Below, piece after piece: positions 28,954 to 38,587 of a stretch of 55,917 bases of DNA. This stretch comes from Mucilaginibacter sp. (lineage in GTDB: Bacteria; Bacteroidota; Bacteroidia; Sphingobacteriales; Sphingobacteriaceae): NCBI GenBank assembly GCA_028287865.1, contig JAQBOU010000235.1, forward strand, positions 1-55,917. The letters are read 5' to 3'. A program made the position numbers and the translations under genes. Within the stretch, counting starts at the first letter, position 1. Each line of letters begins with the position of its first letter. Below the pieces are notes generated by a model. The model had not been told where the DNA came from and made no database searches. It worked only from the letters and a program-made list of their open reading frames with translations.

Positions 28954-29139
28954 ATGGCACAAAAAGTAGTTACCGTAAATATCAACGTTTACGAACAATC
29001 TGTTACTAACCGTCATTCGGCGTATGAAGTAAGCTTTGTAAATAAATTTCTGGATGAAGGATGGGTAATCAAGGAAACTATTCACAGTGCAACAGCTGCT
29101 GCCAACTGGACAAACATTACTTTTATATTAGAAAAGTAA
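28954..29139 (+). CDS. Small hypothetical protein (61 aa), DUF4177-like
   Basis: A-rich leader; NKFLDEGWVIK...ITFILEK pattern. Confidence 0.6.
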   Translation: MAQKVVTVNINVYEQSVTNRHSAYEVSFVNKFLDEGWVIKETIHSATAAANWTNITFILEK

Positions 29140-29240
29140 CCAACGTTTTACAGTGTTATTTTTTCTAAGCGCCAAGCTTTTACTTTAAAGTTTGTACATT
29201 CATTCTGCTATCAAAAACAAACCAACCAATTATTGAGCGT

Positions 29241-30110
29241 ATGAAAACCTATTTACTAATTTTTGCGGCATTACTTTTTTCAGGCTATTCCTTTGCACAG
29301 GATATTCCGACCCATTGGGATGAGCTGGTGGCAGGTGATTTCCCAAAGGCATTGGAAAAATCATCAAAAACATGTATCCTTCCTATCGGGATACTTGAAA
29401 AGCATGGCCCGCATTCCCCCATCGGTACCGATCTGATCCATGTGCGCGAATGGGCAGCCAGGGCTGTAAAATCAGAATATGCTGTGGTTTTCCCGGATTA
29501 TTTTTATGGTCAGATCAATGAGGCAAGGCACCAGCCGGGAACCTTTGCCCTCCCGAGTAAAGTAATTTATGAGCTACTGGAAGCTACCTGTGATGAAATT
29601 GCGCGTAATGGCTTTACTAAGATCGTGATACTTAACGGGCACGGCGGCAATCCCGAATTTTTGGAATTCTTTATGCAATCGTTGCTAAACAAACGCCATA
29701 ATTACGCAGTTTATCTGTACCGGCCTGAAAGTGATCCAGATTTTACTACGGAATACAAAAAGATGCATAAATCTGAGATAGCCGGCGACCAGCATGCCGG
29801 CGAAACCGAAACCTCCGTATTGCTCTATTACAGGCCCGATCTGATGCGAATGGACCGTGCCACGGATCAAAGCGGCGCCAATCAAAAAAGATCAAGTTTG
29901 CCCGGGTTATACACGCCTATCTGGTGGTACTCCTCCTACCCTAACCACTATGCCGGTGAAGGAGATAAAGCAACTTCCGCATTTGGTAAATTTGTAACCG
30001 ATCATGAAATAGCGTCATTTATCAAAGCATTAAAAGAAGTAAAAGCAGACACAAAAACTTTACAACTGCAAAATGAATTTTATGACCGGGTTGATAATCT
30101 GAATAAATAA
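29241..30110 (+). CDS. Creatininase-family amidohydrolase with signal peptide
   Basis: EKHGPH..GTD, NGHGGN, HAGETETS metal motifs; signal peptide ending SFA-Q. Confidence 0.88.
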   Translation: MKTYLLIFAALLFSGYSFAQDIPTHWDELVAGDFPKALEKSSKTCILPIGILEKHGPHSPIGTDLIHVREWAARAVKSEYAVVFPDYFYGQINEARHQPGTFALPSKVIYELLEATCDEIARNGFTKIVILNGHGGNPEFLEFFMQSLLNKRHNYAVYLYRPESDPDFTTEYKKMHKSEIAGDQHAGETETSVLLYYRPDLMRMDRATDQSGANQKRSSLPGLYTPIWWYSSYPNHYAGEGDKATSAFGKFVTDHEIASFIKALKEVKADTKTLQLQNEFYDRVDNLNK

Positions 30111-30118
30111 TAACCCGA

Positions 30119-30150
30119 CCCACCTGCACTGTGTAAACCGTGCAGGCGGG
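30119..30150. terminator. GC-rich hairpin between convergent genes
   Basis: CCCACCTGCAC / GTGCAGGCGGG arms (1 mismatch). Confidence 0.5.
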
Positions 30151-30216
30151 CTATCCTGGGAATTTTTTACCGGAGATTGATTAAGTTGATTAATATGTGT
30201 CAAAAACCGGTGTAAC

Positions 30217-30870
30217 TCAAACAACCAATTCTTTTAAAAAATTATCGGTAAAATCGTTTGCAAAATGAATAACGTTCGGCAGGTGTTTAAACTCGTCCGG
30301 CTGGTGTGTTGTTGTAATTACTACAGCCTCCATTGCTGCATTAGCTGCGGCTTCCGCGCCTTTGGGCACATCCTCAAATACCAGGCAATTTACCGGCGAT
30401 ACGTTTAAAAGCCGGGCAGCCTTAATAAAAGTTTCAGGATCAGGCTTACTTAAAAGCACATCATCAGCACTTACAATCGCCTTAAAATAATGCCGGATAT
30501 TAAGGTTGTCCAACACAAAATCAATATTAAACGGAATAGCGGCAGAACCTATAGCCATAGGTATATCCTTTTGATACGCCTTTTCAAGAAAATCATGCAG
30601 CCCTGGTAATAATTCCAGGTGCGGTAAAAATTCCTGCTGGTATTTCTTTTCCTTTTCGTAGGATAAACTGTTCATTTCGTCCATGGTAAATCGATTCGGC
30701 CCAAACATCCTGACCAACACTTCGGGGTTTTTCCCGTACATCTGCGGCTTTATCTCGTCCCAGCTAAAATTGCCGCCAAGCTCATTATTTAAAAGATTTT
30801 GCCATGCCCTGGTATGATAGGTCATATCATTGATCATGGTACCGTTAAGGTCGAAAATAAAAGCCTTCAT
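30217..30870 (-). CDS. HAD-superfamily phosphatase (beta-PGM/CbbY-like)
   Basis: FDLNGT (DxN variant of DxD), SKPDPE, VFED. Confidence 0.88.
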   Translation of the reverse strand: MKAFIFDLNGTMINDMTYHTRAWQNLLNNELGGNFSWDEIKPQMYGKNPEVLVRMFGPNRFTMDEMNSLSYEKEKKYQQEFLPHLELLPGLHDFLEKAYQKDIPMAIGSAAIPFNIDFVLDNLNIRHYFKAIVSADDVLLSKPDPETFIKAARLLNVSPVNCLVFEDVPKGAEAAANAAMEAVVITTTHQPDEFKHLPNVIHFANDFTDNFLKELVV

Positions 30871-31087
30871 TTATATATATTTTGAGACACTTGCTAACTG
30901 TCCTTTTCAATTTCGGGCAAAAGTACAGTTTAATAAAATCCTTTGGTAATAAAACTGAAATGTAGCAGGAGCCGTATTCTGCAACATTTCTTCTTTTGAA
31001 AGCAATTTCCAACTGTTAATCACGGCACAAAATATTTGCACAATACAGATTATTATGCTTACCTTGCGCCCCTTAATAAATAAAATA

Positions 31088-31282
31088 ATGCAAAAAGAAG
31101 GAACAGTAAAATTTTTTAATGAAACAAAAGGCTTTGGTTTTATTACACCAGCAACTGGTGGCCAGGACATTTTTGTTCATTCAACAGGCCTGATCGATGA
31201 AATCCGTGAAAATGATAAAGTGGAGTTTGAAGTAGAAAACGGAAGAAAAGGCTTAAATGCGGTAAATGTAAAGGTTATCTAA
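31088..31282 (+). CDS. Cold-shock protein
   Basis: GTVKFFNETKGFGFI (RNP1), DIFVH (RNP2). Confidence 0.95.
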   Translation: MQKEGTVKFFNETKGFGFITPATGGQDIFVHSTGLIDEIRENDKVEFEVENGRKGLNAVNVKVI

Positions 31283-31306
31283 GTATAATATAATCATTAA
31301 CGTACC

Positions 31307-31337
31307 AGGCATCCACCGAAAAGTGGATGCCTTTTTT
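31307..31337 (+). terminator. Intrinsic terminator of csp
   Basis: AGGCATCCAC-CGAAAA-GTGGATGCCT followed by a T-tract. Confidence 0.9.
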
Positions 31338-31398
31338 GTGCAGTTGCATCAATGCCTGCCATTGGGCGGAGATTTTTAATATTTTTCAAAAAAATAAA

Positions 31399-31437
31399 AA
31401 ATGTCTTCCCTAAAGGGAAGATTTAGAGGAGGAGGCC
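31399..31437 (+). repeat. REP-like short palindromic element (copy 2)
   Basis: AAATGTCTTCCCTAAAGGGAAGATTTAGAGGAGGAGGCC: hairpin TCTTCCCT/AGGGAAGA then a TTTAG..GAGG tail. Confidence 0.45.
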
Positions 31438-31444
31438 AAATGGT

Positions 31445-31460
31445 TGGCACCGTTATTGCA
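31445..31460 (+). promoter_or_regulatory. Sigma54 (-24/-12) promoter of YtxH gene
   Basis: TGGCAC-CGTTA-TTGCA with canonical spacing, 43 bp before the ATG. Confidence 0.7.
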
Positions 31461-31503
31461 TAACCCTAATCAAAGAAACTAAACATCTATAAAAAGTAAA
31501 AAA

Positions 31504-31890
31504 ATGAAAGATAACACAAGAGTAATAGCAGCACTTTTAATAGGTGCAGCAGCAGGTGCGGCATTAGGATTATTGTTGGCTCCTGAAAAAGGTGAAACAA
31601 CCAGAGATGGCATTGCTGATTATATCAGTGATCTTGTTGATGCCGCTAAAGAAAAAGCACAATCAGCAACAAATGACCTAAAGCAATATGGCAGCAGTGC
31701 TTTTGATAAAGCAAAACTAAAATATAGCGGCGCCGCTGATGCCGCATCAAACTATAAAGATACTGCCGTTGATACTGCAAGATCAGCAGCGAATGATATA
31801 AAGGATAATGCACAGGGCAAATTTGATGAGGCTAAGACAAAAGTTAAGAATGGCTCAAACGATGTAAATAATTCTATACAAAACATGTAA
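31504..31890 (+). CDS. YtxH domain protein
   Basis: ALLIGAAAGAALGLLLAPEKGETTR followed by an Ala/Lys/Asp-rich LEA-like helix. Confidence 0.9.
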   Translation: MKDNTRVIAALLIGAAAGAALGLLLAPEKGETTRDGIADYISDLVDAAKEKAQSATNDLKQYGSSAFDKAKLKYSGAADAASNYKDTAVDTARSAANDIKDNAQGKFDEAKTKVKNGSNDVNNSIQNM

Positions 31891-31900
31891 TTTACATTCT

Positions 31901-31946
31901 TATAAAACAATAAACCCGGCCAAAAGCCGGGTTTTATTGTTTTATA
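31901..31946. terminator. Bidirectional terminator
   Basis: TATAAAACAATAAACCCGGC-CAAAA-GCCGGGTTTTATTGTTTTATA between convergent genes. Confidence 0.88.
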
Positions 31947-31984
31947 GACCTTTGAAAGTAAAAACTACGCTGTTGGACAGCGGC

Positions 31985-33862
31985 TTATTTTGCTGTCCAT
32001 TTGTTGTTGCTGTCATCGGCATCCATAAATATGCCTCCATCCAATACAGCCGTTTTAATTGTTCTGTTGGTTTTAACAGCTATGCTTATTTCCCTTTGAT
32101 TGTTTTGCCATACAACCGGCGTCTGATGAAAACTGGCAGTAGTACCATCAGCATAAGTAACTTTAATATCAAACGGAATTGCAAAACCACCGATGTTGCG
32201 AATAGAAAAACTATAGCCGCCAGCAGTTTTTGATGCATTTTTTAGGTCCAGGTCTATGTAATAATTGGTAAAGAACCAGTTGTTAAAAAACCAATTGAGG
32301 TTTTTCCCTGAACCTGTGCTCATGGAGTTAAAATAATCCCATGGAATAGGATGTTTTCCGTGCCAGTTGTCCATATAAGCATGCAGCGCTTTTTTAAACA
32401 AGTCGTCACCAAGCATATCTTTCAAAGCAAAATAGCTTAATGATGGTTTACCGTAGGAATTATTACCATAACCACCTCTTAATTCGCTGGATGGCGTTAT
32501 GATAGGCAGATCTTCGGCAGTGGCAGGATCATGTATCCACCTGTTGATACGAAATTGCTTATACAGAGATTCTGCTTTTGCTTTACCAACTTCTGAAGTA
32601 CCAATTAATAGTTCGAATGTGGTTGCCCAGCCTTCGTCCATAAAGGCATAGCGGCTTTCGTTAATGCCCATGTAAAAGGGGAAATAGGTGTGTGCTATTT
32701 CGTGGTCCTGCACAAATTGCGCAAAATGGATATCGTTCTGGTGGCTGTCATTTACCATCATGGGATATTCCATATCGGCAAAGCCCTGGAAAGAAGTCAT
32801 TTTTGGAAATGGGTAAGGAACTCCCGGCCAATTGTGAGACAACCATCCCAGCGAATTGCGACCTGCTTGTACTGCATGATGAAAGTCCACTGACTGGTCG
32901 GCAAAAGCTGACTGCATGCTTGCGCGGCGATGTGTGGCATCATCAACCACAACGCTTGCAGCATCCCAATCATAATGATCACTTATTCCAACAGCCATGT
33001 CACTTATATCGGTGGCTTTCCAGGTCCAGGTATTTTCATTATTTTGTTTGGTGATATTTTTCCTGGCAAGGTCCTCCACAGTAGCTACATGTATGGTTGA
33101 ATCGCTCGTCATTGACTGTGCCAGCCTTTTTGCATATTCCGGCTGCAATACATCACCGGGATTTTGCAGGGTACCGGTAGCCCAAACAATATAATTTTTT
33201 GGCACCGTTACGTTAAGTGTATAGTCATTAAAATCATTATAAAACTCCTGTGCATCCAGAAATGGCAAGGTATCCCATCCATTATAATCATCATAAACCG
33301 ATACCCTGGGATAAAAATAAGCGAGGTAAAAAGTAGTAGAATCGATCATTCCTTCGCGCCCGCTCTGCTTAGACACTTCGAAATGCCAGGCAATATCAAG
33401 CTTAACAGAATCATGCGGAAACAAAGGTGCAGACAGGCTCACCATTTGGTTGGTTGATGAATTGGCATTATTATCCCATTCCTTCTTTGCCCCGTTTATT
33501 ACAAATGAATCAATTTGCACACCGGGAGTTAAATAATCAGCGCCGGTGTTACCGAACCTGGCTGTACCAGGGCGATGTATGTTTAATATCAGCTTCATGT
33601 TAAGCCGCTTCAGCGTATCCGGGCTGTTATTAAAATAGGTGATCTGCTCCACACCTTTTACCATACGATCAGGAGGTAAAGCAGTTATCGAAATGGTGTA
33701 ATGGCCATGGTTTTCCCAATACTTTTTCCCGGGGCGGCCATCTGGAGATCGGGTTTCATTTTTATAGGCACGCTTTATATCGCGTGGTACATAAAGATCC
33801 TGTGCCTGTGCCTGAACTAATACAAGGCAGGAAAAGGCCGATAGAATAAATGTTTTATACAT
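31985..33862 (-). CDS. M1 family metallopeptidase (aminopeptidase)
   Basis: DMEYPM, HEIAH-X18-E (FMDEG), SYGKP; signal peptide. Confidence 0.9.
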   Translation of the reverse strand: MYKTFILSAFSCLVLVQAQAQDLYVPRDIKRAYKNETRSPDGRPGKKYWENHGHYTISITALPPDRMVKGVEQITYFNNSPDTLKRLNMKLILNIHRPGTARFGNTGADYLTPGVQIDSFVINGAKKEWDNNANSSTNQMVSLSAPLFPHDSVKLDIAWHFEVSKQSGREGMIDSTTFYLAYFYPRVSVYDDYNGWDTLPFLDAQEFYNDFNDYTLNVTVPKNYIVWATGTLQNPGDVLQPEYAKRLAQSMTSDSTIHVATVEDLARKNITKQNNENTWTWKATDISDMAVGISDHYDWDAASVVVDDATHRRASMQSAFADQSVDFHHAVQAGRNSLGWLSHNWPGVPYPFPKMTSFQGFADMEYPMMVNDSHQNDIHFAQFVQDHEIAHTYFPFYMGINESRYAFMDEGWATTFELLIGTSEVGKAKAESLYKQFRINRWIHDPATAEDLPIITPSSELRGGYGNNSYGKPSLSYFALKDMLGDDLFKKALHAYMDNWHGKHPIPWDYFNSMSTGSGKNLNWFFNNWFFTNYYIDLDLKNASKTAGGYSFSIRNIGGFAIPFDIKVTYADGTTASFHQTPVVWQNNQREISIAVKTNRTIKTAVLDGGIFMDADDSNNKWTAK

Positions 33863-34020
33863 CTTAAGTTAATTTCAAGGCAAATTAGATAAAACAATTG
33901 GAGGTTTACAAAGTCTATGAATAATTTCATGAGAGTATATGCTAAAACAGTGTATACCAAACCAAAAGCCTGTGCAAGGATTTCTAATTGCAAAATTGTT
34001 GCAAAAAAATATTTTTTCTA

Positions 34021-34051
34021 TTTGCACCCCAATAAATATTTTTTTACTTTG
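34021..34051 (+). promoter_or_regulatory. Bacteroidota sigmaA-type promoter (-33/-7)
   Basis: TTTG(34021-24)-N19-TTACTTTG(34044-51); one mismatch to TAnnTTTG. Confidence 0.55.
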
Positions 34052-34055
34052 CGAC

Positions 34056-34123
34056 AGTTATTTTAATAGGGGTATTAAATAACTAATTTTTAGCCATCTG
34101 CCTTTAGGCGGGTGGCTTTTTTT
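34056..34123 (+). ncRNA. Candidate small RNA (two hairpins, second is a terminator)
   Basis: Promoter directly upstream; hairpin AGTTATTTTAATA-GGGG-TATTAAATAACT; terminator AGCCATCTGCCT-TT-AGGCGGGTGGCT plus T-tract; no ORF. Confidence 0.5.
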
Positions 34124-34304
34124 ATCATAGATTAAACGGATTATTGATTCAAGAGATTAACTACCGTTTCAGCCATCAATTAATTTGCATATAACAATCC
34201 GGCTGCCTGCAAATCTGTGACAGTGACCCCGAATAAATTTTTAAATTGATAAACGTCTGGGTGAATTGAATTGTTAATCAAATTCATCATTTAAATCTGT
34301 GATA

Positions 34305-35249
34305 ATGAAGTATAAGTTAGGTGATTTTGTGCGTTTTGTTGATGAGAAAATGGAAGGTTTTGTTACCCGCATCATTGATGATAAAATGATTGGGGTAACC
34401 GGTGAGGATGATTTTGAGATCCCTGTACTGGCCAGCAAGGTAACCACCGTACACGGATATCAACCTGCCGGTTCTGTAAAAACTCTTATTGAAGAAGAAA
34501 AACCACCAGTCGGCGAATTTAGCACCAAAGGCGTTTATATTGGCGTGGTGAATGATGCCAAAGCTAACTCTGTGGTACACTTTCACCTGATAAATAACAC
34601 CTCGTTCCAGTTGCTGGCAACCTTAACTACAGACAAGCAAAATTCTTTCAAAGGTGAATATGCCGGTATCATTGCCCCTAAATCTGCCGTTAACATTTAT
34701 TCGGCCCAATTGGCAGACTTACAGCTTTGGCCGAAATTTATTTTCAATATCCTGTTTTTTACCAAACAAAACGTAGAGCCACCTGCTCCACTTGTTGTTA
34801 ACGAAAAATTTAAAGCAAAAGATTTTTCCGGTTCAAAAAAACAACTGCCGTTGCTGGGCCAGCAGGGATGGCTTATACAACTGGATGAACCGGTGGTTCT
34901 TATAGATGCCCAAAAACTAAAGGAAAGCTTTTATAAAACACCTGAAGAAAAAACCACACTTGAAAAGCCCGGCAACGAAGTAGACCTCCATATTGAAAAG
35001 TTGCGTGATGACCACCAGTTTTTAAACAGTACCGAAATATTGAATGTGCAACTGGCGCATTTTCATAAAACGCTGGATGCGGCAATCGTACACCAATTAC
35101 CCGAAATTATATTTATCCATGGTGCTGGCAATGGTATTTTAAGGCACGAACTCCATAAAATATTAAGCAAACATCAAAAGATTGCCACTTTTATGGACGC
35201 CCGTAAAGAAAAATTCGGTTACGGAGCTACCAAAGTTATATTAAGATAA
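34305..35249 (+). CDS. DUF2027 + Smr/MutS2 C-terminal domain protein
   Basis: N-terminal KLGDFVRFVDE..EG..DDFEIP; C-terminal VDLHIEKL, IFIHGAGNGILR, FGYGATKV. Confidence 0.88.
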   Translation: MKYKLGDFVRFVDEKMEGFVTRIIDDKMIGVTGEDDFEIPVLASKVTTVHGYQPAGSVKTLIEEEKPPVGEFSTKGVYIGVVNDAKANSVVHFHLINNTSFQLLATLTTDKQNSFKGEYAGIIAPKSAVNIYSAQLADLQLWPKFIFNILFFTKQNVEPPAPLVVNEKFKAKDFSGSKKQLPLLGQQGWLIQLDEPVVLIDAQKLKESFYKTPEEKTTLEKPGNEVDLHIEKLRDDHQFLNSTEILNVQLAHFHKTLDAAIVHQLPEIIFIHGAGNGILRHELHKILSKHQKIATFMDARKEKFGYGATKVILR

Positions 35250-35321
35250 AAACAGACAAGTAAGTACCTTAGCACCAGGTGGTACTCTTCACAAATTGGA
35301 ACACCTAATAACCGGCAGTAA

Positions 35322-36653
35322 TCACACTTTTACTTCCCATCCTTTTTCATACGTCCGGCTCCAAAGCTGCATCGCTTCGGGGTCATTTAAAATATGGCCA
35401 TTGGACGTATCGATATGTAAAACCCGGTCAACACGGTAAGAAATATTTCCCAGTTGCGGCAGTAGTGTTGATTTAAAACCGGTTTCAATAGGGCAATTTA
35501 AATGAGTTATTCCACGTACCGAATCAACAAAGTTTTTCATGTGCTGACCATCCAGCGCTTCTGTGGGGCTAACTTTGTTAGTGGCATCCACCACTGTATC
35601 GTCTTTTATTTCTTTTACAAACTTGTTATCTCCGTCATATACGGTGTAACCATTACCACCCTGGTAAAATATTGTTCCTTTATCGCCATAAAATATCACA
35701 CCACGGCCCAAGCCTTCCATATTGTAACCGTTGCAGCTGCGTCCCTCCCATTCTGCCGCGGTATTATTAGGGAAATTATACAATATATTTTGAGTATCAG
35801 GCGTTTGCCAGTCATCCTTAAAATGAAAACGTCCACCGGTAGAAACCACCTTGCTGGGGAAGTCGACACCTAAGCCCCAACGGATCACATCCAGCTCGTG
35901 CGTGCCGTTATTTAATGCCTCACCTGTTCCCCAGTTCCAAAACCAATGCCAGTTATAATGAATCAGGTTATCCTTATACGGTTTGCGTGGCGCAGGCCCC
36001 TGCCAAAGCTCATAATCAAGATTAGATGGCACGGATGCTTCTTTACCAATTCCTATACTTGCCCTATGATTGGTATACCAGCCTTTGGCGTAGTAAGCGC
36101 GACCGATAACGCCATCATGCAATTCCTTCACCATCCCCTGTACATTGGTAAACGACCGGCGCTGGCTGCCCATTTGCACCAGGCGGTTATATTTTTTTGA
36201 AGCAGCTACCGCCATTTCTCCCTCATGTGGGTTATGACTACAGGGCTTTTCGACGTACACATGTTTACCTGCCTGGCAGGCCATTATGGTTGCAGGTGCG
36301 TGCCAATGATCGGGAGCGGCTATAACAATCGCGTCCACATCTTTTTTCTCCAGCAGCTTCCTGATGTCAGTTATACCTTCGGGCTTTTTGCCGGTACGCT
36401 TATAAATATCAGCAATAGTGCTTGCTACTACATTCGAATCCACATCGCATACATATCCGATCTCGGCATTGGGTAATTTGGCAAAATTTTGGGCGAGGTA
36501 TAAACCCCGGCTATGCGTACCCATCATACCTATTACAACTTTTTCATTGGGCGATCCTTTGAAAAATCCGGCAGCTTTACCGAAATGCGGTGCCAGCAAA
36601 AAACTGGTTCCCACAACGGAAGTGGTTTGAATGAACTTTCGACGATTGATCAT
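35322..36653 (-). CDS. Gfo/Idh/MocA oxidoreductase, Tat-exported
   Basis: NRRKFIQ Tat motif; APDHWH, VYVEKP, GSQRRS, WQGPAP. Confidence 0.9.
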   Translation of the reverse strand: MINRRKFIQTTSVVGTSFLLAPHFGKAAGFFKGSPNEKVVIGMMGTHSRGLYLAQNFAKLPNAEIGYVCDVDSNVVASTIADIYKRTGKKPEGITDIRKLLEKKDVDAIVIAAPDHWHAPATIMACQAGKHVYVEKPCSHNPHEGEMAVAASKKYNRLVQMGSQRRSFTNVQGMVKELHDGVIGRAYYAKGWYTNHRASIGIGKEASVPSNLDYELWQGPAPRKPYKDNLIHYNWHWFWNWGTGEALNNGTHELDVIRWGLGVDFPSKVVSTGGRFHFKDDWQTPDTQNILYNFPNNTAAEWEGRSCNGYNMEGLGRGVIFYGDKGTIFYQGGNGYTVYDGDNKFVKEIKDDTVVDATNKVSPTEALDGQHMKNFVDSVRGITHLNCPIETGFKSTLLPQLGNISYRVDRVLHIDTSNGHILNDPEAMQLWSRTYEKGWEVKV

Positions 36654-36682
36654 ATTGGTTGAATTAGTTAGATTAAGTTTAA

Positions 36683-36751
36683 TGGTTGACTAAGTTGGGT
36701 CAATTGGTTATTTAAAGCTAATAAAAATTCTAATACTCACTTAGTCAACCA
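36683..36751. repeat. 13-bp perfect inverted repeat in intergenic spacer
   Basis: TGGTTGACTAAGT (36683-95) / ACTTAGTCAACCA (36739-51). Confidence 0.7.
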
Positions 36752-36754
36752 ATT

Positions 36755-37570
36755 TTATACCCCTCCGAATATTGAAAAGCCTCCATCCACACATATCATT
36801 GAACCGGTAACAAATGCAGAGGCATCGCTTAACAGCCAAACCAATGCACCTATCAACTCATCAGGGTGACCGAAGCGTTTAAATGGCGTATTCCTGATCA
36901 CTTTCTCACCTCTCTCCGTAAAACCACCTTCGGGCAGGGTTAACAGGTTACGATTTTGCTCGGTCAGGAAAAATCCGGGTGCCAGCGCATTCATCCGGAT
37001 GGCATCACCGTAACGGTTAGCCAGCTCAACAGCAAACCATTGGGTATAACAATCTACAGCCGCTTTTCCCATATTATAGCCCAACACCTTTGTAATAGCC
37101 CTTTTTGAATTCATAGAAGATATATTAACAATACTGCCTTTACCCGATTTCGCAATTGCATCTCCGAATATTTGGGTTGGATATAATGTACCCCATAAAT
37201 TAATTTCCATTACCTGTTTCATTCCATCCAGGTTCATGCCGAAAATATCTTCTTCAGGCTGCAAAACTCCTTGCGGCATATTACCCCCGGCTCCATTCAC
37301 CAAGCCGTCGACCCTGCCAAAAGCGTCCAAAATTTTGCTTTTTGCAGCGATCAATTCTTCCGTGTTTAAAACATCGGCCACTAAAGCCAATGCTTTGCCC
37401 CCATTTGCATTAATTTGTGCAGCACGATCCTCAGCCACCACCTTATTGCGGCCCAATATCCCTACGGTACCACCGGCTTCAACTATCCCATTAACAAATG
37501 CATTTCCTAAAATGCCCGTGCCGCCGGTTACTATTATTACTTTTCCTTTTAACGAAAACTTGTCTGCCAT
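36755..37570 (-). CDS. SDR oxidoreductase, D-mannonate oxidoreductase (SDR-type UxuB)-like
   Basis: TGGTGILG, NGAGGN, YNMGK, APGFFLTEQNR; follows kduI. Confidence 0.8.
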   Translation of the reverse strand: MADKFSLKGKVIIVTGGTGILGNAFVNGIVEAGGTVGILGRNKVVAEDRAAQINANGGKALALVADVLNTEELIAAKSKILDAFGRVDGLVNGAGGNMPQGVLQPEEDIFGMNLDGMKQVMEINLWGTLYPTQIFGDAIAKSGKGSIVNISSMNSKRAITKVLGYNMGKAAVDCYTQWFAVELANRYGDAIRMNALAPGFFLTEQNRNLLTLPEGGFTERGEKVIRNTPFKRFGHPDELIGALVWLLSDASAFVTGSMICVDGGFSIFGGV

Positions 37571-37586
37571 TTTATGTTAATCAATA

Positions 37587-38417
37587 TTATCTTAAATCTG
37601 TGATTGCTATCGGGTCCATATCGGTATAATCCATATTTTCTCCTGCCATTCCCCATATAAAATTATAATTGGCAGTCCCACAGCCAGAATGAATGCTCCA
37701 GGGAGGCGAAACCACTGCCTCATAATTATTCATCATTATATGCCTCGTTTCATTTCCTTCTCCCATATAATGAACTATTTTTTGGCCGTCAGGCAGATCA
37801 AAATAAAAATAAGCTTCCATCCGGCGGTCGTGCGTATGTGCGGGCATAGTATTCCACACACTACCTGCATGTAAAATGGTTAACCCCATTACCAACTGAC
37901 AGCTTTTAATGCCATCAGCATGTATATATTTATTTATCGTGCGTAAGTTTGCGTTAGCAGCACTGCCGGCATCAACTTTTGCCGCATTATCAATAGTCAG
38001 TAAAGTGGCGGGATACGTAGTATGTGCAGGTGCAGAAAGTAAATAAAATACAGCCGGGTCTTCAATGTTTTTACTGGAGAATGCCACATTTTTTACGCCT
38101 TTGCCAATATATAAACAATCAAATTTATTGAGTTCATAACTTTGGCCATCGGCAGTAATGGTTCCCTGCCCTGCTACATTAATTATTCCGATCTCCCTTC
38201 GCTCTAAAAAATACCCAGCCCTAAGATTGGGGTAGCTTGTAAGAAAAAGCTGTTCAGTTACCGGATTGGCGGTTCCCACTATCATCCGGTCATAATGGGT
38301 ATATACACAGTTGATAGTATCTTTTTGAACAGTATCTGCAATCAAAAACCGCTCCCTGATCAATGCGGTATCATATTTCTTAAAATCGTCTGGGTGTACG
38401 CTCTGTAATATTTTCAA
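37587..38417 (-). CDS. kduI: 5-dehydro-4-deoxy-D-glucuronate isomerase
   Basis: YTHYDR, FLERREIG, SCQLVMG, WNTMPAHTHDRRMEAY, SPPWSIHSG, WGMAGEN; TTG start. Confidence 0.95.
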   Translation of the reverse strand: MKILQSVHPDDFKKYDTALIRERFLIADTVQKDTINCVYTHYDRMIVGTANPVTEQLFLTSYPNLRAGYFLERREIGIINVAGQGTITADGQSYELNKFDCLYIGKGVKNVAFSSKNIEDPAVFYLLSAPAHTTYPATLLTIDNAAKVDAGSAANANLRTINKYIHADGIKSCQLVMGLTILHAGSVWNTMPAHTHDRRMEAYFYFDLPDGQKIVHYMGEGNETRHIMMNNYEAVVSPPWSIHSGCGTANYNFIWGMAGENMDYTDMDPIAITDLR

Positions 38418-38587
38418 GCTGGTATAATTGGTTTTTTAGTTAATGGGCAGTGTTAGTCCTAAATAGAATTTAGTCTAAATTGCGTCTGCTCACCATCAAA
38501 GTTACTATTTACGATATCAAAATAAGGTAAAATAGTTTTTACAAATTAGTTTAAATTTAAAATCTTAAAATACCAACCAATTATACT

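Noticed and set aside
28954-29139. 61-aa ORF as a mycofactocin-like RiPP precursor for the creatininase-family enzyme
   Set aside because: No radical SAM or RRE genes nearby; the peptide resembles a small folded domain and the enzyme is exported.
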